DNA of 64,000 nucleotides from Octopus sinensis (Eukaryota): NCBI RefSeq assembly GCF_006345805.1, contig NC_043024.1, positions 7,564,001 to 7,628,000 of the forward strand, read 5' to 3'. Shown piece by piece: positions 29,701 to 40,771 of this stretch (position 1 is its first letter; each line of letters starts with the position of its first letter). The notes under the pieces were generated by a model. It saw only the letters and a program-made list of their open reading frames with translations, ran no database searches and was not told where the DNA came from. The position numbers and the translations under genes were made by a program.

Positions 29701-32456
29701 GATAATGAGGAATGGAGGTGGTTCTAATGATGGAGTATAACAGAGGGGAGAGAGCATGGCTGGAGGAAGATAAAAAGGAATGGAGGTGGTTCTAATGATG
29801 GAGGATAACAGAGGGGAGAGAGCATGGCTGGAGGAAGATAATGAGGAATGGAGGTGGTTCTAAGGATGGAGTACAACAGAGGGGAGAGAGCATGGCTGGA
29901 AGAAGATAAAAAGGAATGAAGGTGGTTCTAATGATGGAGGATGGAGTATAACAGAGGGGAGAGAGCATGGCTGGAAGAAGATAAAAAGGAATGGAGGTGG
30001 TTCTAATGATGGAGGATGGAGTATAACAGAGGGGAGAGAGCATGGCTGGAAGAAGATAAAAAGGAATGGAGGTGGTTCTAATGATGGAGGATGGAGTATA
30101 ACAGAGGGGAGAGAGCATGGCTGGAGGAAGATAATAAGGAATGGAGGTGGTTCTAATGATGGAGGATGGAGTATAACAGAGGGAAGAGAGCATGGCTGGA
30201 GGAAGATAGAAAGGAATGGAGGTGGTTCTAATGATGGAGGATGGAGTATAACAGAGGGGAGAGAGCATGGCTGGAAGAAGATAAAAAGGAATGGAGGTGG
30301 TTCTAATGATGGAGGATGGAGTATAACAGAGGGGAGAGAGCATGGCTGGAAGAAGATAAAAAGGAATGGAGGTGGTTCTAATGATGGAGGATGGAGTATA
30401 ACAGAGGGGAGAGAGCATGGCTGGAGGAAGATAAAAAGGAATGGAGGTGGTTCTAATGATGGAGGATGGAGTATAAGAGAGGGGAGAGAGCATGGCTGGA
30501 AGAAGATAAAAAGGAATGGAGGTGGTTCTAATGATGGAGGATGGAGTATAACAGAGGGGAGAGAGCATGGCTGGAAGAAGATAATAAGGAATGGAGGTGG
30601 TTCTAATGATGGAGGATGGAGTATAACAGAGGGGAGAGAGCATGACTGGAGGAAGATAATGAGGAATGGAGGTGGTTCTAAGGATGGAGTATAACAGAGG
30701 GGAGAGAGCATGGCTGGAGGAAGATAATGAGGAATGGAGGTGCTTCTAAGGATGGAGTATAACAGAGAGGAGAGCGCATGGATGGAAGAAGATAATGAGG
30801 AATGGAGGTGGTTCTAAGGATAGGGTATAACAGAGGGAAGAGAGCATGGCTGGAGGAAGATAATGAGGAATGGAGGTGGTTCTAAGGATGGAGTATAACA
30901 GAGGGGAGAGAGCATGGCTGGAAGAAGATAATGAGGAATGGAGGTGGTTCTAAGGATGGAGTATAACAGAGGGGAGAGAGCATGGCTGGAAGAAGATAAT
31001 GAGGAATGGAGGTGGTTCTAAGGATGGAGTATAACAGAGGGAAGAGAGCATGGCTGGAGGAAGATAATAAGGAATGGAGGTGGTTCTAATGATGGAGGAT
31101 GGAGTATAACAGAGGGGAGAGAGCATGGCTGGAGGAAGATAATAAGGAATGGGAGTGGTTCTAAGGATGGAGTATAACAGAGGGGAGAGAGCATGGCTGG
31201 AAGAAGATAATGAGGAATGGAGGTGGTTCTAAGGATGGAGTATAACAGAGGGAAGAGAGCATGGCTGGAGGAAGATAATAAGGAATGGAGGTGGTTCTAA
31301 TGATGGAGGATGGAGTATAACAGAGGGGAGAGAGCATGACTGGAGGAAGATAATGAGGTGGTTCTAAGCATGGAGTATAACAGAGGGAAGAGAGCATGGC
31401 TGGAGGAAGATAATAAGGAATGGAGGTGGTTCTAATGATGGAGGATGGAGTATAACAGAGGGGAGAGAGCATGGCTTGAAGAAGATAATGAGGAATGGAG
31501 GTGGTTCTAAGGATGGAGTATAACAGAGGGAAGAGAGCATGGCTGGAGGAAGATAATGAGGAATGGAGGTGGTTCTAAGGATGGAGTATAACAGAGGGCA
31601 GAGAGCATGGCTGGAGGAAGATAAAGAATGGAGGTGGTTCTAATGATGGAGGATGAAGTATAACAGAGGGGAGAGAGCATGGCTGGAGGAAGATAATGAG
31701 GAATGGAGGTGGTTCTAAGGATGGAGTATCACAGAGGGGAGAGAGCATGGCTGGAGGAAGATAAAAAGGAATGGAGTTGGTTCTAAGAATGGAGTATAAC
31801 AGAGGGGAGAGAGCATGGCTGGAGGAAGATAATGAGGAATGGAGGTGGTTCTAAGGATGGAGTACAACAGAGGGGAGAGAGCATGGCTGGAGGAAGATAA
31901 TGAGGAATGGAGGTGGTTCTAAGGATGGAGTATAACAGAGGGCAGAGAGCATGGCTGGAGGAAGATAAGGAATGGAGGTGGTTCTAATGATGGAGGATGA
32001 AGTATAACAGAGGGGAGAGAGCATGACTGGAGGAAGATAATGAGGAATGGAGGTGGTTCTAAGGATGGAGTATAACAGAGGGGAGAGAGCATGGCTGGAG
32101 GAAGATAATGAGGAATGGAGGTGGTTCTAAGGATGGAGTATAACAGAGGGGAGAGAGCATGGCTGGAGGAAGATAATGAGGAAAGGAGGTGGTTCTAAGG
32201 ATGGAGTATAACAGAGGGGAGAGAGCATGGCTGGAAGAAGAGAATGAGGAATGGAGGTGGTTCTAAGCATGGAGTATAACAGAGGGAAGAGAGCATGGCT
32301 GGAAGAAGATAATGAGGAATGGGAGTGGTTCTAAGGATGGAGTATAACAGAGGGAAGAGAGCATGGCTGGAGGAAGATAATGAGGAATGGAGGTGGTTCT
32401 AAGGATGGAGTATAACAGAGGGAAGAGAGCATGGCTGAAGGAAGATAATGAGGAAT
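20740..32456. repeat. 68/75-bp GA-rich satellite, ~160 copies
   Basis: Unit TAATGAGGAATGGAGGTGGTTCTAA(TGATGGA)GGATGGAGTATAACAGAGGGGAGAGAGCATGGCTGGAGGAAGA. The long unit gives the 25-aa repeats seen in the ORF track. Confidence 0.99.
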
Positions 32457-32566
32457 ATTCGACTTAATCCGTTTGTTTGTCCTTGTTTGTCCCCTCTGTG
32501 TGTAGCCCCCTCTGGGCAGTAAAGAAATAAGACAGACAGACAGACAAATAGACAGGCAGGCAGATA

Positions 32567-33591
32567 GATGGGGTGCACTCTGTCTCCAACAATTCGGTGC
32601 GACATCAGTGCAGAATCACTTCCCTCCTACAAGTCATCCTAACGAGACGTCTGCGTTGGCTGGGGTCATGCCCTCCGCCGTCAACCAGGAGAATACATCT
32701 AAAGTAATTGCCCCAGCTCCCCTTCAGTGTTGGCGAAAGCGATGGGGTGCACTCTGTCTCCAACAATTCCGTGCGACACCAGTGCAGAATCACCTCCCTC
32801 CTACAAGTCATCCTAACGAGACGTCTGCGTTGGCTGGGGTCACGCTCTCCGCCGTCAACCAGGAGAATTCATCTACGAAGCAATTGCCCCAGCTCCCCTT
32901 CATTGTTGGCGAAAGCGATGGGGTGCACTCTGTCTCCAACAATTCGGTGCGGCACCAGTGCAGAATTACCTCCCTCCTACAAGTCATCCTAACGAGACGT
33001 CTGCGTTGGCTGGGGTCACGGCCTCCGTCGTCAACCAGGGGAATTCATCTACGAAGCAATTGCCCCGGCTCTCCTTCAGTGTTGGCGAAAGCGATGGGGT
33101 GCACTCTGTCTCCAACAATTCGGTGCGGCACCAGTGCAGAATCACTTCCCTCCTACAAGTCATCCTAACGAGACGTCTGCGTTGGCTGGGGTCATGCCCT
33201 CCGCCGTCAACCAGGAGAATACATCTAAAGTAATTGCCCCAGCTCCCCTTCAGTGTTGGCGAAAGCGATGGGGTGCACTCTGTCTCCAACAATTCGGTGC
33301 GGCACCAGTGCAGAATCACCTCGCTCCTACAAGTCATCCTAACGAGACATCTGCGTTGGCTGGGGTCACGCCCTCCGCCGTCAACCAGGAGAATACATCT
33401 AATGTAATTGCACCAGCTCCCCTTCACTGTTGGCGAAAGCGATGCGGTGCACTCAGTGTCCAACAATTCGGTGCGGCACCAGTGTAGAATCACCTCCCTC
33501 CTACAAGTCATCCTAACGAGACGTCTGCGTTGGCTGGGGTCACGCTCTCCGCCGTCAAGCAGGAGAATATATCTACGAAGCAATTGCCCCA
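32567..33591 (+). repeat. 174/176-bp tandem array (6 units) derived from RTE coding sequence
   Basis: Units start at 32567, 32741, 32917, 33093, 33267, 33441 and match the single-copy LINE fragment at ~18325-18492. Confidence 0.92.
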
Positions 33592-33739
33592 GTATTATTT
33601 GCAGTATTATTTTATGCTATTTGCAGTACTATTTTATGCTATTTGTTCCATACAAAGCTGACCTCAAGCTACACAGCAACAAATGATGATGATGGTGATG
33701 ATGATGTGTCAAAATATAGAATTATGAAGACCAAAATAC

Positions 33740-33862
33740 CCTCTGGCAGCATATCTTTTATATCATGTTCACATTCAATTGACAGGTTAGCTGTGCAGGT
33801 ACAGTTTGTGTCAGGAATTGGTCCAACTGGATACATGTCGCCACCTTGAAGGCAGAAAGGAA
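33740..33862 (-). CDS. Exon of Cys-module repeat gene (module 3)
   Basis: Acceptor CTTTTCTTTTCTTTACAG|, donor G|GTATTT. 123 nt, phase 1-1: (I)PFCLQGGDMYPVGPIPDTNCTCTANLSIECEHDIKDMLPE. Confidence 0.88.
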
Positions 33863-33886
33863 CTGTAAAGAAAAGAAAAGGTTATG

Positions 33887-33930
<44 letters not shown>

Positions 33931-33931
<1 letters not shown>

Positions 33932-34451
33932 CAAAGGGTAAAATTAATTAATTAAGAAGTAATCCGTAATTTCACCAAGAAGAATTCGGAATGAAAAAGA
34001 CCATTTCATGGTAAGCTTAAGTAATACTTTGTAATTAGGGTTCAGCAAAGATTTGCTTTACCACATACCAAAGTTTAGAAATAGTAGTCAAAAAATCTTA
34101 GCTATTCCTTCTACTTTAAAAGGGACTCCCAGAAAAACCAAAGTACTTGAAAACAATCCACGCAGGCCAAGGGGAAAAATAACGCAAATCAATCGATATT
34201 AGGTTACCCACGCACGCGCGTTTCAGAATTAGATCGGTATAAAGAATTATACCTTACCCGACCATTTTCGACTCATCAGCGTAGGATTCCTCCAATATTA
34301 AATATTTGCCTGCGCAGATTGTTTCCAAGTACTTTGGTTTTTCTGGGAGTCGCTTTTAAAGTAGAAGGAATAGCTAAGATTTTTTGACTGCTATTTCTAA
34401 ACTTCGGTATGTGGTGAAGCAAATCTTTGCTGAACCCTAATTATAAAGTAT
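33931..34451 (-). mobile_element. Penelope-like terminus with 143-bp inverted repeats
   Basis: Arms 34024-34166 and 34309-34451 are reverse complements; the element sits beside a (TA)n tract and the spacer holds a hammerhead-like motif. Its terminal ~200 bp are homologous to 50277-50510. Confidence 0.65.
34196..34298 (-). ncRNA. Degenerate type I hammerhead-like motif
   Basis: Minus strand: CCTACG-CTGATGA-(48-nt stem II region with GGTATAA/TTATACC hairpin)-GAAA-C GCGC GT-G-CGTGGG. Stem I CCUACG/CGUGGG plus distal AUAUUGG/CUAAUAU. The cleavage triplet is GUG, which is non-canonical. Confidence 0.5.
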
Positions 34452-34457
34452 ATGTGT

Positions 34458-34686
34458 TGGTGGCACATAAAAAACACCATCCGAGCGTGGCCGTCTGCCA
34501 CCTGTGTCGGTGGCACATAAAATCACCCACTACACTCTTGGAGTGGTTGGCGTTAGGAAGGGCATCCAGCTGTAGAAACACTGCCAGATCTGACTGGCCT
34601 GGTGCAGCCTTCGGGCTCGCCAGACCCCAGTTGAACCGTCCAACCCATGCTTGCATGGAAAGCGGACGTTAAACGATGATGATGAT
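34458..34686 (+). mobile_element. RTE 3'-tail fragment
   Basis: GAGTGGTTGGCGTTAGGAAGGGCATCCAGCTGTAGAAAC...GCGGACGTTAAACGATGATGATGAT, near-identical to the tail of the LINE at 57500-57688. Confidence 0.9.
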
Positions 34687-34697
34687 ATATATGTATA

Positions 34698-35093
34698 CTA
34701 GCAGTATTGCCCGGCGTTGCTCGGGTTTGTAAGGGAAATAACTATATAAGCATTTTTAGAGATGTAAAGTATAATAGCCATCTCACTATGGCTAACCACA
34801 AAGGGGGGGGGTGTTACTGTAGCTTTTTACGTTCTGAGATTTAATAATACATTTTAGAGAGTTACATCCCTTATATAATAGCAAAAAAATGCATTAAAAA
34901 TGGGAAAAATTGATGGTAAATTATTTTAAAATCGTAGACTCATCGTAGACGCGCGCTAATACCCAGAAGGGCTCGATATGAATCACGACTATAAGATACC
35001 TGCTTTTGGTTACACTGCACCGCAAAATGTGGGAGTAGTTAGGAATCTAAATCGTAGGAGACAGACACATAACTTCACTTTTATATATAAAGA
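34698..35093 (-). mobile_element. Non-autonomous Helitron
   Basis: Minus strand A|TC start, 3' hairpin CCCGAGCAACGCCGGG plus CTAG|T. Confidence 0.8.
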
Positions 35094-35132
35094 TTGTATG
35101 ATGACGTCAGCAGCTGGGGAGCTGACCAGAAC

Positions 35133-35472
35133 TTGGGGCTGACCGAAAGAGGAAGGGGCAGGAGTGATGCGTGTGCAGGCAGGGGAGCATTGGGCCTTTT
35201 CGATCGGGGTAGCCGAAATAGCTTGTGGTGTATGTGGGAGATTTGAAATAAGGACACCGACCTTCTCTTCGTCGACGCAGACCTCTCCAGTGGTAACGCA
35301 CCCTTCCACGTGGCCCGACCCAAACGCTAAAAATAGCAGCTGCTTTTCCCCAACCATAACAAAGCGCTCACACGTCAAGCTCTGTCGGCTACCCCGATCG
35401 AAAAGGCCTAATGCTCCTCTGCCTGTGCGCGCATCACTCCTGCCCCTATCTCTTCCGGTTAGCCCCAAGTTC
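35133..35472. repeat. ~95-bp imperfect inverted repeat around a ~150-bp spacer (unclassified foldback element)
   Basis: GAACTTGGGGCTGACCG...GATCGGGGTAGCCGA (35133-35217) pairs with TCGGCTACCCCGATC...TTAGCCCCAAGTTC (~35385-35472). Confidence 0.8.
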
Positions 35473-35606
35473 CGATCTCAAACAGTTATAAAGAGTATCT
35501 CCTTTGTTATCATTTGGTTTGGGTTTTAAAGTTCAAGGTGGACTTAACCTTTCATATCCCACCAAACAGATAATAACACCTTATGTGGGTGAAGACCTTT
35601 AGCCTG

Positions 35607-35847
35607 GGGTGATGTGGCGAGCTGGTAGAAATGTTAGCACGCTGGGCGAAATGCTTAGCGGTATTTTGTCTGCCGCTATGTTCTGAGTTCAAATTCCGCC
35701 AAGGTCGACTTTGCCTTTCATCCTTTCGGGGGTCGATTAAATAAGTACCAGTTACGCACTGGGGTTGATGTAATCGACTTCATCCGTTTGTCTGTCCTTG
35801 TTTGTCCTCTCTGTGTTTAGCCCCTTGTGGGTAGTAAAGAAATAGGT
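35607..35847 (+). mobile_element. SINE family B
   Basis: GGCGAGCTGGTAGAAATGTTAGCACGC head, GAGTTCAAATTCCG B box, 3' AAAGAAATAGGT. Confidence 0.85.
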
Positions 35848-36210
35848 GGGGGGACAAACACAGACACACACACATATATATACATATATACGACGGGCTT
35901 CTTTCAGTTTCCGTTTTGATCTCCCACTAAAGACTTACCACAGAGACTCTGACAAGGTAGTACTCATGTTACACAAGCGTTTATCACTATAATCCAGTGA
36001 TGTAGAGATGTCTCTTTATGGTGGCTTCATCCGTTGCCTCATTTACTGCAATGGAAAGCGTGGCCAAGTACGCAGACCTAATTAGTTGGAAGTGTACAGT
36101 AAGTTACAACTTCCGACTGTCACTTATGCTTCAAGCCATAGAAATTTGTAATGGTACAAAACAGTCATGGACAGAAAGTCAAAAATGCCATTCACAACAA
36201 AGAAGCACAT

Positions 36211-36919
36211 TTTTACTCTTTTCCTTGTTTCAGTCATTTGACTGTGGCCATGCTGGAGCACCGCCTTTAATCGAGCAACATCACTCCGGGACTTATTCTT
36301 TGTAAGCCCAGTACTTATTTTATTGGTCTCTTTTTGCCGAACCGCTAAGTGATGGGGACATAAACACACCAGCATCGGTTGTCAAGCAATGCTAGGGGGA
36401 CAAACACAGACACACAAACACATACATATATAAATAATAATAATAATAATAATAATTGTGTACAGTGCTCAGGTGCACTACAACTCATCTAAAGTGTATA
36501 TATAATCAGGTGTAGTTTCGGCGGATTTTGGAAAGCATGAGGGCCTTAAAGGATGCAGTGTCATGGCAGTCAACAACTGACGCAGGCAGTTTATTCCATG
36601 CTTCAGCAACTCTGAGCATGAAAAAATGTTTCCGAAAGTCATGGGAGCTGTGTTGTTTTCTGACTTTGTAGGCATGTCCACGTGTGTTAGACACATGGAG
36701 ATCAAAAAGGTGTTCAGTGTTGTTGTTGGTGAGGTGGTTGATATACATATATACGGCGGGCTTCTTTCAGTTTCCGTCTACCAAATCCACTCACAAGGCT
36801 TTGTTCGGCCCGAGGCTATAGTAGAAGACACTTGCCCAAGGTGCCACGCAGTGGGACTGAACCCGGAACCATGTGGTTGGTTAGCAAGCAACTTACCACA
36901 CAGCCACTCCTGCGCCTAT
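36211..36919 (-). mobile_element. SINE family A split by a nested CR1 fragment
   Basis: 3' half at 36211-36430 and 5' half at 36752-36919 (ends CAGCCACTCCTGCGCCT on +). Confidence 0.8.
36433..36742 (-). mobile_element. CR1-type LINE 3' fragment
   Basis: Minus frame TRGHAYKVRKQHSSHDFRKHFFMLRVAEAWNKLPASVV...SFK is the CR1 C-terminal motif; (ATT)n tail. Confidence 0.8.
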
Positions 36920-37095
36920 TTATTATTCAGTTGATCACATATTTTTTTATAACAAGAAAAATCATGTATATTTGAAATGATGGATAGATAATGAGAACAG
37001 ATGAGGCAATGCAACCATGGAAAATATTTTTACAACAAGTGCATGTCAAGAATACAACTCGCGCAATCTGAACATTCGGTATCAAAAGTACTTAC

Positions 37096-37236
37096 TATTT
37101 CTTGCAGTGCATGGCGTTTCATCTACTATGACTGGGTTGTCTGGGCTGCTACAAGATATTGTACCATTTTCAAAACATTCACAGTCAGTACCTAGAATCG
37201 GTCCAACTGGTACTTCTTTCCCAAAGTTATTGCACG
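37096..37236 (-). CDS. Exon of Cys-module repeat gene (module 2)
   Basis: Acceptor CTTTATTATAG|, donor A|GTAAGT. 141 nt, phase 1-1: (T)CNNFGKEVPVGPILGTDCECFENGTISCSSPDNPVIVDETPCTARN. Confidence 0.88.
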
Positions 37237-37430
37237 CTATAATAAAGATATACAAACACACATAAATAAGCATGCACTTGTAAACAGACATATTGTATTC
37301 TCTGGCATACAAGTTGGATTATCCAGAAAATTTACAGCTAAAAGAGGTAGGTTGATTCATACACGAAGATGTTTTTGGACAACCCCAAAATTTAATATAC
37401 ACTACATTTTTTTAATATATCTGGCAGTTC

Positions 37431-39410
37431 GCCAGCCTCGTCTGGCACCTGTGTCGGTGGCACATAAGAAAACACCATCCGAGCGTGGCCGTCTGCCAGC
37501 CTCGTCTGGCACCTGTGTCGGTGGCACATAAGAAAACACCATCCGAGCATGGCCGTCTGCCACCTGTGTCGGTGGCACATAAAAAACACCATCCGAGCGT
37601 GGCCGTCTGCCAGCCTCGTCTGGCACCTGTGTCGGTGGCACATAAGAAAACACCATCCGAGCGTGGCCGTCTGCCAGCCTCGTCTGGCACCTGTGTCGGT
37701 GGCACATAAAAAGCACCATCCGAGCGTGGCCGTCTGCCAGCCTCGTCTGGCACCTGTGTCGGTGGCACATAAAAAACACCATCCGAGCGTGGCCGTCTGC
37801 CAGCCTCGTCTGGCACCTGTGTCGGTGGCACATAAGAAAACACCATCCGAGCATGGCCGTCTGCCACCTGTGTCGGTGGCACATAAAAAACACCATCCGA
37901 GCGTGGCCGTCTGCCAGCCTTGTCTGACACCTGTGTCGGTGGCACATAAGAAAACACCATCCGAGCGTGGCCGTCTGCCAGCCTCGTCTGGCACCTGTGT
38001 CGGTGGAACATAAAAAACCATCTGAGCGTGGTCGTCTGCCAGCCTCGTCTGGCACCGGTGTCGGTGGCACATAAAAAAACACCATCCGAGCGTGGCCGTC
38101 TGCCAGCTCGTCTGGCACCTGTGTCGGTGGCACATAAGAAAACACCATCCGAGCGTGGCCGTCTGCCAGCCTCGTCTGGCACCTGTGTCGGTGGCACATA
38201 AGAAAACACCATCCGAGCATGGCCGTCTGCCACCTGTGTCGGTGGCACATAAAAAACACCATCCGAGCGTGGCCGTCTGCCAGCCTCGTCTGACACCTGT
38301 GTCGGTGGCACATAAGAAAACACCATCCGAGCGTGGCCGTCTGCCAGCCTCGTCTGGCACCTGTGTCGGTGGCACATAAGAAAACACCATCCGAGCGTGG
38401 CCGTCTGCCAGCCTCGTCTGGCACCTGTGTCGGTGGCACATAAGAAAACACCATCCGAGCATGGCCGTCTGCCACCTGTGTCGGTGGCACATAAAAAACA
38501 CCATCCGAGCGTGGCCGTCTGCCAGCCTCGTCTGACACCTGTGTCGGTGGCACATAAGAAAACACCATCCGAGCGTGGCCGTCTGCCAGCCTCGTCTGGC
38601 ACCTGTGTCGGTGGCACATAAAAAGCACCATCCGAGCGTGGCCGTCTGCCAGCCTCGTCTGGCACCTGTGTCGGGGCACATAAAAAACACATCGAGCGTG
38701 GCCGTCTGCCAGCCTCGTCTGGCACCTGTGTCGGTGGCACATAAGAAAACACCATCCGAGCATGGCCGTCTGCCACCTGTGTCGGTGGCACATAAAAAAC
38801 ACCATCCGAGCGTGGCCGTCTGCCAGCCTCTTCTGACACCTGTGTCGGTGGCACATAAGAAAACACCATCCGAGCGTGGCCGTCTGCCAGCCTCGTCTGG
38901 CACCGGTGTTGGTGGCACATAAAAAACACCATCTGAGCGTGGTCGTCTGCCAGCCTCGTCTGGCACCGGTGTTGGTGGCACATAAAAAACACCATCCGAG
39001 CGTGGCCGTCTGCCAGCCTCGTCTGGCACCTGTGTCGGTGGAACATAAAAAACACCATCTGAGCGTGGTCGTCTGCCAGCCTCGTCTGGCACCGGTTGTC
39101 GGTGGCACATAAAAAACACCATCCGAGCGGTGCCGTCTGCCAGCCTCGTCTGGCACCTGTGTCGGTGGCACATAAGAAAACACCATCCGAGCGTGGCCGT
39201 CTGCCAGCCTCGTCTGGCACCTGTGTTGGTGGCACATAAAATCACCCACTACACTCTCGGAGTGGTTGGCGTTAGGAAGGGCATCCAGCTGTAGAAACAC
39301 TGCCAGATCTGTCTGGCCTGGTGCAGCCCCTGGCACCTCAGACCCCGGTCGAACCGTCCAACTCATGCTAGCATGGAAAGCGGACGCTAAACGATGATGA
39401 TGATGATTAC
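37431..39410 (+). repeat. 63/64-bp tandem array (~29 units) ending in an RTE 3' tail
   Basis: Unit GCCAGCCTCGTCTGGCACCTGTGTCGGTGGCACATAAGAAAACACCATCCGAGCGTGGCCGTCT, running directly into the RTE tail at 39240-39410 with a (GAT)n end. Confidence 0.95.
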
Positions 39411-39472
39411 ATTTCGACAATATATGTTAACATTACATGTTTACACTAAATTTTTATTTTATTATTTTATAG

Positions 39473-39900
39473 AGGCGCTGGAGTGGCTGTGTGGTAAGTA
39501 GCTTGCTTACCAACCACATGGTTCCGGGTTCAGTCCCACTGCATGGCACCTTGGGCAAGTGTCTTCTACTATAGCCTTGAGCCGACCAAAGCCTTGTGAG
39601 TGGATTTTGTAGACGGAAACTGATAGGAAGCCTGTCGTATATATATATAGGTGCAGGAGTGGCTGTGTGGTAAGTAGCTTGCTCACCAACCACATGGTTC
39701 TGGGTTCAGTCCCACTGCGTGGCACCTTGGGCAAGTGTCTTCTACTATAGCCTTGAGCCGACCAAAGCCTTGTGAGTGGATTTTGTAGACGGAAACTGAA
39801 AAGAAGCCCATCGTATATATATATGTGTATATATATATATATATTATGTGTATATATATATATATATGTGTATATATATATATAACATATATATGTGTGC

Positions 39901-39935
<35 letters not shown>

Positions 39936-39958
39936 GTATATATATATATATATGTGTA

Positions 39959-40003
<45 letters not shown>

Positions 40004-40517
40004 GAAGCCCGTCGTATATATGTGCATATATATACATATATACGACAGGCTTCCTTCATTTCCATCTACCAATCCACTCACAAGGCTTAGGTTGGCCCGA
40101 GGCTATAGTAGAAGACACTTGCCCAAGGTGCCGGAGTGGCTGTGTGGTAAGTAGCTTGCTCACCAACCACATGGTTTTGGGTTCATTCCCACTGCGTGAC
40201 ACCTTGGGCAAGTGTCTTCTACTATAGCCTCGGGCTGACCAAAGCCTTGCGAGTGGATTTGGTAGACGGAAACTGAAAGAAGCCTGTCGTATATATGTAT
40301 ATGTATATATATGTGTGTGTGTTTGTCTCCCCAAAATTGCTTGACAACCGATGCTGGTGTGTTTATGTCCTCGTCACTTAGCGGTTCGGCAAAAGAGAGA
40401 CCGACAGAATAAGTACTGGGCTTACAAAGAATAAGTCCTGGGGTCGATTTGCTCGATCGACTGAAGGCGGTGCTCCAGCATGGCCGCAGTCAAATGACTG
40501 AAACGAGTAAAAGAGTA
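39473..40517. mobile_element. Cluster of family A SINEs around a (TA)n tract
   Basis: 5' halves on + at 39473-39640 and 39650-39815, (TA)n at 39815-39997, an inverted piece at ~40015-40132, and a near-full copy at 40133-40517. Confidence 0.85.
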
Positions 40518-40771
40518 AGTTCCTGCTTCAATGTTCTGTGGGTGTAAGGCAGCAAGTTGGCAGAATCATTAGCACGCCAGGCAAAATACTTAGTGGTAGT
40601 TTGTCTGCTGCTGCTTTCTGAGTTCAAATTCTGCTGAGGTCGACAAATTAAGTGCCAGTTGTGTATAGGGGTTGATCTAATCTGCTTCCCCCACCAAATT
40701 TTTTGGGCTTGTGCCTAGAGTAGAAAAGAATATTCTGTGGGTAAAACACCTCATTGAAAAATATTACTTAC

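Noticed and set aside
20829-31472. Many 100-310-aa ORFs (PPAMLSPLCYTPSS / NGGGSNDGGW repeats)
   Set aside because: Artefacts of the 75-bp satellite unit being divisible by 3; frames break at every indel.
35939-36045. Additional minus-strand exon with good AG/GTAAGT signals
   Set aside because: 107 nt (not a multiple of 3), stops in all frames from the acceptor, no Cys module; at best a cryptic or poison exon.
37392-39420. 600-670-aa ORFs in three minus frames
   Set aside because: They translate a stop-poor 63/64-bp tandem array; open in all three frames with no splice or domain support.
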